Source: Octopus sinensis
Taxonomy: Eukaryota
Length of the DNA: 64,000 nt
Assembly (NCBI RefSeq): GCF_006345805.1
Contig: NC_042997.1
Coordinates: forward strand, 84,506,001-84,570,000
Reading direction: 5' to 3'
Within the stretch, counting starts at the first letter, position 1. The number at the start of each line of letters is the position of its first letter. Below are positions 52,401 to 64,000 of the stretch, one piece after another. The translations under genes were made by a program, and so were the position numbers. A model generated the notes under the pieces. The model saw only the letters and a program-made list of their open reading frames with translations. It did not search any database and was not told the DNA's origin.

Positions 52401-53879
52401 GTATGTGGGTGCATAGATATTGAAATAAATAAAGAAAAACGTGGTCATGTAGTTCCCATGTAAGTGTCTTTATGTGTCTCTATGTTGACCTGTGCTCATT
52501 CTGTTTGTTTATTGATGGGCACTTTCCTTTGAACATTTTTTTTCTTCGCTTGCCTCTCACCTGAATACGTACCTGCTTATTGCCAAGTAACAGCTTCGTG
52601 ATATTCATGTACGACCATCATGAAGCCATTTCTGCTCGTGACTTTTGAGTATGTTCAATACGTTTGCTTATATCATCATGTTCAATTTACTCATGCACTA
52701 ATATAAACATAAATGTATGCGAAATAACGAGCAAGCATCTAGCTGCATCGCTCGACCTGCTAGAAATGGCAGCCAAATATCTATCAATGGACACTGTATT
52801 TGATAATGAAGTTCTAGACAGACAAAGAAAGATAAGATGGTCATGACTAGAACGCTTTTGACCAGTGATTCTCTTGATCACGTAGCAATCAAACCTTCTG
52901 CCTTCAAAAAAAGCGAGGGCATATTGATAATGTGTTACCTCTAGATACATTATGTATAAGAGGAAAAAACGTACGGCTTGTTCAAAGCATGTCTTTGATC
53001 ATAGGGTTCTTTCATCAGACAACAATTGAAACGTATGTTTATATATCACCACAGTCTTTCATGTAAATAGGATTTAATAATCACAGGAAAGCCTCGAATG
53101 ACCGAGCTGATAGGGTGTCACTTTATAAGTTATAGTGTCAATGGTTCATAGCCCACAATAATTGTTGTATTGAATAAACTGTTAATCCGTTACTTATTGC
53201 TAGAATACATAAGGCTACTCTATGAGTCCGTTGTTGAATTAGCATTAAGTATAAGAGAAATATCTCTTCCTGAATTAGAAGCTCATCTTTGTTTATTTTC
53301 TTCATTGGATCTTTTTTATCATGCATTTTTGAACGGTAGTACTGCTGTTAGTTATATCATTATGCGAACCAAGCATCATTTTAATGTAAATGCTTCCTAA
53401 TAATCATCACTACTACAGTTACTCCTATCTACGTCAACTAATTGGAAAATTAAGTATTTGGCTATCGACACAATACTAGTTTAGTATCTGGATATGAATC
53501 ACTATCAGCCTTTCACCATGCTAACAATATTCTCTGTAGCTTCCTCGTGTTCCTGACTAAGCCTTGACTCTATCCATATATCACAAAGCAATTGATGAGA
53601 AGAGTGTTACGTTCAGAAAAAATAGTACCAGTCTTCAGCGAAATTCATGGTTTACAGTTAAGAGCGCAAGAAGAGATGAGCTCTGACGTGTAGGGCTGGT
53701 TTCTTTGTTACGAGGGCTGTTTGCGAATATTTACCCAAAATTGGTTCGAAGAGGAGCAGTTTCAGCGAAGTAATCTTGCTCTAAAATCCATTAGATGGAA
53801 ATGTAAATTTAGCATAATACTTACGATCAAACGTTCTATCTTGGCTCTTTGTATGGAGAACCGGTCGAAATGTCTTTCA

Positions 53880-54905
<1,026 letters not shown>

Positions 54906-56113
54906 TCTTAAGAATGTTAGGAATGCAATAATCATGTGGATAGAGGATGAAATACTGGCTGGCCGTTCATGAGTGCAAATAGCCACTACGCACGTGTCTG
55001 TTTATTTAAGATATTTTATTTTAGCTGTCTTAGATTGCCTGGCTAAAGTATTGTCATCTGGTCACAATCTCCTTCGTCAACTTTTATTATGCTTCAGTCA
55101 AATGAGATTACGGTTCACTGCACAGCTAGCCGATAGATAATCGGATCATATCCTGTTGTTGGCCAGTTCCGTTGTATAAGTGACCAGATCTCACGTTTGC
55201 CTAGTCCAGCGAACTATAAATAAGTGCTATGGTGTAGGAATAATTGCAGCACCGTGTCGAGAATTTAATTTGTTCATAGAGCACAGTTCATCTCTCGTTA
55301 ATTAGTTTACAGCAGGATAAGCTCCAAGAAGCTGACTGTTCCTAAATACACAACATAACTGATTCCAAATTTTGGCACAAGGCCAGCAAGTTCAGGGTTG
55401 GGGAGATAAATCGATTATATCGACCCCCAGTACTCAACTGCTAGTTATACTAAGGATGAAAGACAAAGTCGACCTCGGCGGAATTTGAACTCAGAACGCA
55501 GCGATGAACGAAATGCCACTAAGCATACGATTCTGCTAGCTTTCCACCATAAATACAGTACATAATTACTATGAAGTGCAGAACGGTTTCAACATCAAGC
55601 GTACATCAAGAACAGACCCGGAAAACAGTGGTATCAAGAACCGACATTTCTTATATTAACACACTATGAAGCTAGGAATTTCAGTAAGCTGTCCCGTCGA
55701 TCTTCGTTGGCGTTCAGAATCTTCTCGTGAATGTAGTGTCTCTTGTTCACTACTAACTTTTTTTAAGTAATGCAGCAACTGCACTTCCCTAAAAGCCAAT
55801 ATATCATGGGATTCAAATTTTCAAACACTATTGAAATCGTCAATCCATCGTATTGACATCAGTTGGGAATATTGTTAAGCTTTGTTATTTGAACCATAGC
55901 AAAATTTGATGACGATCTGGTGCTATGATAACATGTGATTATAGAGGTAATATGGGGCCGTAGTTGCATATTCGTTGACAAACTCGTTCAGAAGTCACAT
56001 TTTCTACATGAGATTTATATTTCGATAAAGCATAACGTCATTTTATTCAGAAAGAATTCGCAGTATTTAGAAAGAACATTTCAATGATCTTTAGTTTACT
56101 GTTGGATCAGGAG

Positions 56114-56279
56114 CAGGGCTGGCCCTAAGGTTGCTGGTGCCCCGAGCAAATTGAACTTCAGTGTGTACAAGCTGACGGTCGTGGAAATTTCCATGTCTTT
56201 GTCACACCCTCCTTGGTGCCCCCTAGCACATGGTGCACCGAGCGACTACCCGAGTTGCTGGCACCTTGAGCCAGCCCTG
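56114..56279. mobile_element. hAT-superfamily MITE
   Basis: TIR CAGGGCTGGC/GCCAGCCCTG and a perfect 8-bp TSD ATCAGGAG at 56106-56113 and 56280-56287. Confidence 0.9.
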
Positions 56280-56616
56280 ATCAGGAGTGTCCTTACAATG
56301 ATTGCAATATCGTCTGATTATAGGTCAAAACTAGCTGAAATAATGACATCACCTAAAAGTACCACAATGTCTAACAGTGGCAGGCATATGACCACAGCAT
56401 TTCTGAGAGGGAACATTAACGATCAGATTAATCTCAGTGTAGAATTTTATCGTTTCCCTGGAAGGATGAAAGCAAAGTTAATACTGGCAAAATTACAGCG
56501 TAGGATATACAGAAGCAAAATTTAACTGTTTGGTAGTTAATCCAGAGTTATGAAAAACAACAGCAATAGTAGTAAAGGATTGGATGACGACGGCGACGAC
56601 GATGATAATAGTAATA

Positions 56617-56648
<32 letters not shown>

Positions 56649-59048
56649 AATGATGATGTTTACTTGCATAGTCAGAAGGCTAGAAATTTGTGGGTGAAGA
56701 GTATAATTGATTTTGCCGACTCTCACCGAGCTCCATGTATTTGAAAAGCAAAGTCAACCTCGAAATGGTATGAAATCAGAATGTAAGCAATACAACAAGG
56801 CGCTCAATCTATTCTGCTTTTCACTACACTTCCCGAATGTTCTCCAAATATGGCAACTACGACAATGCTGAAGTAGCGTTATTTTTTTTCTTTTCTCGAA
56901 TCATTACCATGTTATTAATTTTTCTCATTGCAATTGTTTGCTTGTTTTTCTGTTTGTTTATCTACATATCTCATCTAGCTATATTTTCCAGCCTTGCCTC
57001 CGTATCATTCGTAATAGGAAAATATATATAAATATCTCACGTCAGCCATATTTGACCAGTTTGACAGCTAGCGTTAGAGATTGGTTGAAAAATTGTTATT
57101 TAGCGATGCTGCGAGAGAGATACATATATTTAGTAACGTATCATTGGAAACAACGTTGTACTAAGAGCAAGAGATGGAGAGAGATGGAGACAGAGAGGGA
57201 AGGATGGTATAATAAAGAGTGATAGAAAGAGAAAAGCAGAGTAAACGGAAGAAATACAACATATAGGTAGGTAGATGGATAATACATACAACATAGCCAC
57301 ACACGTGTGTGTATGTGTGCGTGTGTATGTATGAGTGTATATGTGTGTGTGCGTAAAAGATGAAGGATAGAAAATGGTAGATTGTTTGGCATAAATAATC
57401 CTAATCAATAAGACCCAATGAAGTTACTACTTGAATCACTTAGATATCGCACGCAATATATCTCAATGAAACAGCCAATGAGTATTGACTTCTGTGCACG
57501 CTGAGGTGAAAGGAGATATTGAGAAGGAACGAGCTATGATTAAATGACGTATCATAGGTTTCGAAAATAAATAAAATATCATTGGAATATTTCATATTCA
57601 ATACAGAGGCTACATAGCATGTTACGGGACATTTATTCTTAATAGATTCCAAGTATGAAGTTAGCTCCTAAGGGAAAAACCAACTCTATGATGTAGTTTC
57701 AGTTCCCAGCTGAAGCCAATTCGATTATGTTACTAATTCTATTGAGAAAGGAATAAACATCATGTAAACACATTTCCTTTACCAATAGATATGTGCTTTT
57801 GTAACTAAGTAAAAAGTCACTTCAATAGCTTCAACGCAGAAGTAAAAGTATTGGAAAATATGTGTTTAATCTGTTGATTATCATATCACTTAAGAAAGAA
57901 TGAAAGCCTCACACTTATTTTTACTCTGATTTAAAAATCTGAAGTTGTTATTATTTAGGTCATCCCTAGCTGAGCAGTTCTATGATCAAATGTATTCCCA
58001 CCATAACCATCAAATATAGATATGTTATCATAAATATCCTTTTTATTAGACAGTATGATGTGACTTGATAAAGATGTGGTTGCTATATCTTGCAGGACAA
58101 ACGTACTCGTAATGTCACTTTGACTATAAAAACAACTCATTAATGAGAGTCGTTGGATTGTCTCAGAAAGTTTCGTCTCCATGTAGCATGCTAAGAGAAA
58201 GTCGAAGTGAACGAGATTATTTCTCCCTATGAGTTTGAAGATTAAATTAAGTGATATCTACTAATGAAGATATAAGCAAAATAAACATTAAAAATGCTTT
58301 GCACAACGTAGAAACTGTATAAGCTACTGAGAGGTTTTCCAAGCTCTTCTAAAGTTGGGAACCTCTCCATATCCTTAATAGGTATCTCAAGGTCACAAGC
58401 GTTTTGCCCCCTTAGCCTGTACATTTCGTCTGTGGTGGGCAGCGAGGATTGAACAAGTCTTTGATCACGAAAGGATTCCACTTGCGGTTTCTTATCAACT
58501 ATAGCCACTTTGGGCTTGATTCAGCTGCTGTACTTCTCCCTTTGGTAGCTTTCTTCAGTTGCTTTCCTTCCAGGAACTTATATCACATTCGCAGCTATTA
58601 TTACTATACGTCACTCAGATTGCCTCGTATATATGGAAAAGAAAAAAATATACATATAAGAAAAGAAGATCAACGTGATTTTGAAATGGCGGCGAAATAG
58701 TATAATTAGATAATATAACATTGCAATACTCATTCCGGCTCTCAGAGTTCATACGCTACTGAAGGCAACTTAGTATTTAACCACCTTCATGGTATCAGTA
58801 ACTAAATTACTGAGATCGAGTCTTTTTTCACTCTGGATCGTAAGTGAACCATCTTTGTCTCATCATGTTACGCTGATTAGACATGAGTGTTGCGTTAAAT
58901 GTCTACATATCTATGAAAGACTCATACGTCATAAGTTAATTTCACGAGTAGAAATTTAGTTTATGAAACAACTGAATATTCAAACAAACCAGAAGAAAAC
59001 CAACCATATTAACGAAGAAACTGAAGTTGACGTTTTATATTCATTTTG

Positions 59049-59121
59049 TCCTAAATTATAATTTTATATCCATCTTATCCTAAATTATAATTTTATATCC
59101 ATCTTATCTTAAATTATAATT
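59049..59121. repeat. 29-bp tandem repeat, about 2.5 copies
   Basis: Unit tcctaaattataattttatatccatctta. Confidence 0.9.
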
Positions 59122-59914
59122 TAGAGGGAAAAAACTCGAATTTTATATCGTTTCTTTTACTGGAAAGCTGGTGAGTCAAGAGCGTTTCGACAAGATTCGT
59201 AGATATTCCTGGATCGTTAAGCTACAGAAGCCTATCGTTGAAATATCTTTCTGAAAGCTATAGAATCTAAATTAAATGAACCTGTCGTTGAGGCATTATA
59301 TAGAAAGCTGTAGAATTAATCAAGCTAAGCTGACGTTGAAGTATCACAACGAAAATTGCAGAATCTAAGAGAAATCAACTTGATATTGAGGTTTTACAAC
59401 ACGAAACTGGAGAATCTAATGGCGCATTCCAACCAAAGGACACTCATAAAAGGATCCAATTTTAGTACTGCCAGCTAATGAAACACACGACTCATAAAAT
59501 ATCGGTGATATCTTTAACACCCATGTTTCCTATTTATATATATTGCTGATCTATGCTGTTGTACAGGGAAGGGATTTGACTAGTGGCATAGTAACAAATC
59601 ATGGATTATTTAGAACTATGCACCTTATCTAAACTATATGCGTCGGGATATTTGAACTCAATACACTTCGTATCGTGGTTACTTACACAACATACTATAC
59701 TGTTAGTTAATTACGATGTGTACGACCATCATAATTAAGTAAGGTTGTAACAAACTAATTACGCGATGCAGGTTCGATTATTGGTTGGAGGCAGCGTAAG
59801 ATCCTCTATGTGGTCATTCTACTTGCTAAATATAGCAGCTACATCTTTTCCAATTCATACTATTTTATGAAAATGGGTAGGTCACGTACCATAAATAGTT
59901 ATAGATGAATCTTG

Positions 59915-60330
59915 TTTCAACTATCATATTGTAACCATACTGGGGCACCGCCTTGAAGAATCTTAGACGAACGAATAAACACCAGTGCTTATTTTTTTTT
60001 AACCTGATACTAATTAAATCAATCACTTTGCTGAACTGCTAAGTTACGGGTTCGTAACACCCATGTTTCCTATTTATATATATTATATACACACCTACAC
60101 CGGTTGTCAATTGGTGTGGGTGGGTGACAAAGAGAGACACAAAGACACACACACACACACACATAAATATATATGACGGGCTTCTTTAGTCTTATGTAAC
60201 AAATCCATTCAAAGGGCTTTGGTCGGCTCGAGGCTACAGTAGAAAGCACTTGACCAAGGTGCCACGCAGTGGGAATGAACACAGAACCATGTGGGTGGGA
60301 AGCAAGCTACTTACCACTCAGCAACGCCTG
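59915..60330 (-). mobile_element. SINE family A
   Basis: Colinear with family A; carries an extra ~30-bp insert at 60055-60090. Confidence 0.85.
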
Positions 60331-60770
60331 TCTGGAAAAACAACAAAGCAAAGAAGAAAAAAAACAAAGATAGTGTGATCATACAGGAATAGAAAAAAAC
60401 GTTTGTTCGTATGATAACTAGATCGAGGCCATACAGCTATTTCTGGTTGCAATTCCTGTAATTTGAAGAGATTTGGAGGCTCTTCCAAACTAAATTTGTC
60501 ACATGGAGATGACACATTGTGACATATATAATTCTTCTTCATGTATATATATGTGTATGTATGTATGTATGTATGTATGTATGTATGTATGTATGTATGT
60601 ATGTATGTATGTATGTATGTATGTATGTATGTATTTATGTATGTATGTATTTATGTATGTATGTATGTATGTTTGTATGTATTTATGTATGTATCTATGC
60701 ATGCAAGTATGTATGTATGTCAGGTCAGTTATGTATGTATGTGTGTATGTATGTATGTATGTATGTATGT

Positions 60771-61476
60771 CAGATCACTTATGAGGCTCTCATAAGTGCT
60801 ACTGGCAACATGGAATCCAGTACAGCCTGTTGTATGGTCGGGCTGTCGGTGACTAAACCGGCACCCCCACCAGGCTACCCTGGTGAGGATGGATGCTAGA
60901 AACCTGTTGAACGGTCGGATGGACCTAGTGCAGGCTCAATGGCAATCTTGCAATAGCGCGGGTACACAGAAATTCTGAGATGGTGTTCTTGTTCGGCATG
61001 CTAGAAGACCACTGGGAGTGAGGTACCCCTCAGCTTCAGTTGAAGCATGTCTCTAGGAGAAGGTCACTCTGATATAAAACCAGATATGCAGGGAATGACA
61101 TTGGACATTTTGGGGATCTTTGGTTTGTGCTAGAGGTCATGGCGCTCCCACATCCCTGAGCCTGCGACTCATATTGGCACCAGACATCTCGCTCTGTCAA
61201 TACAGTGGAGAGGGTATATGAGGTGTCAGGCAAGCCTTATTAGACCTAAAACTCTGCACTGGCGTTGCTGAGCGCTGCTCGATATGAAAGCGCACTGCTT
61301 GCGTGGTGAATGGGGAAAGCTTGGTTTGCAATGTTTGCAGTCGTGTATGCTTGTCAAGAGCAGGGCTCATTAGCCACCAACGGAGCTGCAAATGCAAAAT
61401 ATAAGTTATTCCTAGAGCGCACAATGTTCCTAAAGGTCAGAAATGGTCTTCTTCGATCACGAGTGGACTGCCATCA
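60771..61476 (+). mobile_element. Bipartite non-autonomous RTE-derived element (5' UTR-like part + 3' end)
   Basis: Hairpin-rich 5' part with ctaggagaaggtcactctgatataaaacc (RTE 5' UTR-like motif, from memory); 3' part encodes LVCNVCSRVCLSRAGLISHQRSCKCKI* (61321-61404); no APE or RT between them. Confidence 0.7.
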
Positions 61477-61680
61477 TGTATCTATGGACATATATGCAAG
61501 CTAGTGTATATAACTTTCTGTCTGTGATTGGGTATACATGTAAATATGTGTGCATGTGCTTGAGTAAATGTATGAGCATGTATGTGCATGTCTGTGAAAA
61601 TGTGCAGTCATGTGTGTGTAAATATGTGAACACATGTGTGCGTCCGTGTGTGCGTGTGCGTGCGTGTAAATATATATGTG

Positions 61681-61719
<39 letters not shown>

Positions 61720-61787
61720 TGTGTGTTGTGTGTGTGTGTGTGTGTGCGTGCGTGTGTATTTACTTGTAAATGTGTCTGCAAATGTCC

Positions 61788-62457
61788 ATGAGTAGGCAGA
61801 CCAATTTAACAAATGGCTTTGTTATTACATCTACTGGCTGGCAGAAACCTCAGACTTTCAGAGTTTCTGTAATAGCAATGGTCACTAGAGGAATGATTAT
61901 GTCAACAACAGTTATGAAGGACGGTTACTGATGAAGATAGATATCGTGTGTCACATGGAGATAAATTTTAATACACAAATTCGAATGTATTCGATAACTG
62001 AGCCCAGCAACGCAAATTTACGAAACACTGGGTAACTATACGTTATCTCGCTGTTTACCCAACTCCTATTATTTATACTCACGGGCTGCAACAATCATAG
62101 TAACAAATTTACTGCGAGATAGACTGTGACACAATGTTTTCTTCGTTAGATATGGTTGGTTGGAACTTCCTATATGCTGGAATATGCTTTCTTCTTCTTC
62201 TTCTTCTTCTTCTTCTTCTTCTTCTTCTTCTTCTTCTTCTTCTTCTTCTTCTTCTTCTTCTTCTTCTTCTTCTTCTTTTTCTTCCTCTTCTTCTTCCCCT
62301 CCTCCTTCTACTACTGCTTTTCTTTTTCGCCTCCTTTTCTTTTCTTTTTTCTTCGATTCTCCTCCTCCTCCTGCTACTACTGACGCCGCCTCCTCCTCCT
62401 CCTCCTCCTCCACCACCACCACCACCACCACCGCCGCCACCACCACCGCCGCTGCTG

Positions 62458-62493
<36 letters not shown>

Positions 62494-62686
62494 TTTTTCT
62501 CCCCCTCCTCTTCCCTCTTTTCACCACCTTTCTTCGTCTTCCTCTATTACCGTCCTTCACAACTGTTCCTGACATGACCAGTTCTCTAGTGACCATTGCT
62601 ATTACACAAAATCTGTAAGTCTGTCGTTTCTACTAACCAGTTGAAGCAACAACCAAGCCATTTGTTAAATTGCTTTGCCTACGCAT
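61788..62686. repeat. Foldback/MITE-like structure with ~150-bp diverged inverted arms
   Basis: aatttaacaaatggctt...tgtaatagcaatggtcactagag...gaaggacggt at 61803-61926 is mirrored at 62547-62671; (CTT)n/(CCA)n/(CTA)n inside. Confidence 0.85.
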
Positions 62687-63499
62687 AAATATTCACACAC
62701 ACACACACACACACATACACACACAGATGTACGCACATAAATATTCACACAATCACAAACACAGAGATGCTTATATACTCACTCAAGTATGCATACACAC
62801 TCATGTACGTACATGTATATACATTTATACACACTTCTCTGCATACATATATATATGCACACACACACACACGCACACACACAGACACACATTCTTACAT
62901 CACGTCAGTTGTCTAAATATGGTAACCTTGAAGGGCAAAGTATAAAAAAAGATTGCACAGTTTAGAGGAGTTTAGAAAGAGAAGATAAATTAGAATGTGC
63001 TCAATCCGTGTAATGGTAATTTTTCGTTGAATTCTTTTTATCTATTTTTAATAAATAACAAATTGGTAGATATATAGAGAGAGAATATTTTTGTTGTATT
63101 TAAGGAGCTATGCTACACATTATTTTGATTATGACATTTTCTAAAATATAATGATTTCTAACATATGCCTCAGATTTTCGGGGGTGATATGACTGATTAA
63201 AATGATTTCAGCACTTGACTGTTATCTATTTATAGTGCTCGTGGGGAGGTAAAACGAAGTCAACATGGAAAGAATTTGAATATAGACTGTTAAGAAAGGA
63301 AGTTAAATACCTTTAGGCACTTTTTTCAATCTTTCGCTGTTTTTCTCTCTTCAAAACGAACATTTAAACACATTTAAAAAAAAATTCATTCATCGATACC
63401 TGTAAAGATAACAAGGATGAGTGATGGTATTGATGTCATTTGCAATTACTTAGATAAGTTTAAAATTGAATATTTGTATTATTATTTTATTCTTTCATT

Positions 63500-63895
63500 C
63501 TTTTATTCTTTTATTTGTTTCGGTAGTTTGACTGCGGCCATGCTGAAGCACCGCCTTAAAGGGTATTTTAGTCTAAAAAATCGACCACGGGATTTATTCT
63601 TTGTAAGCCTAGTACTTTTTCTCTCGGTCTCTTTTTACCGAACCGCTTAGTTACCGGGGCGCAAACACACCAACATCGGCTGTCAAACGATGGTGGGGAA
63701 CGACCACATACAAACACACACACACACACACACACACATATACTATAGATTTCTTTCAGTTTCCGTTTACCAAATTCTTTGGTCTGCCCGAGGCTATAGT
63801 AGAAGACACTTGCCCAAGGTTCCGCGCAGTAGGACCGGACCCGAAATCATGTGGGTGGCAAACAAGCTTCTTACCAAACAGCCACGCCTGCGCCT
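63500..63895 (-). mobile_element. SINE family A
   Basis: Colinear with 18366-18783. Confidence 0.85.
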
Positions 63896-64000
63896 ATGTA
63901 TACACTTTTATTTCCGATAACATTGTGCAAATGCCATTGTCTAAAATCACTGACTACCAGATTTGTGCCCTAAAGTAAATGACATTACGTCAAGGGTAGT

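Noticed and set aside
53709-53760. Mariner-like left TIR (TA-cgagggctgt) and hAT-like end cagtgtttctcaaa at ~40559
   Set aside because: Isolated ends with no partner TIR or TSD found.
59049-59420. CRISPR-like array
   Set aside because: Head-to-tail tandem repeats without unique spacers, eukaryotic context, and no cas genes.

Overview
AT-rich, microsatellite-dense eukaryotic DNA in which I can find no recognisable host gene. The mix of tRNA-derived SINE families and (TA)/(TATG)/(GATA)/(AAT) tracts strongly suggests a coleoid cephalopod such as Octopus; this is inference from recalled repeat sequences. Nearly all ORFs in the track are microsatellite artefacts. Real content: four SINE families plus one unclassified (AAC)n-tailed retroposon-like family; a near-full-length decayed RTE LINE (~43.0-46.6 kb); a bipartite non-autonomous RTE element (~60.8-61.5 kb); two restriction-like-endonuclease (R4/Dong-type) LINE 3' fragments, each in a different microsatellite; other LINE fragments; two mariner fragments; a non-autonomous Helitron; and hAT MITEs with target-site duplications. 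The most interesting signal is a scatter of type-I hammerhead-ribozyme-like motifs of the kind associated with Penelope-like elements. Two have intact catalytic cores (7575-7617 minus; 35571-35675 plus, with an unusually long stem II and a sibling at 42170-42271), one follows a Pol III-like tRNA head, and two sit inside palindromes. All calls were made by eye; boundaries are approximate unless TSDs or termini are quoted.
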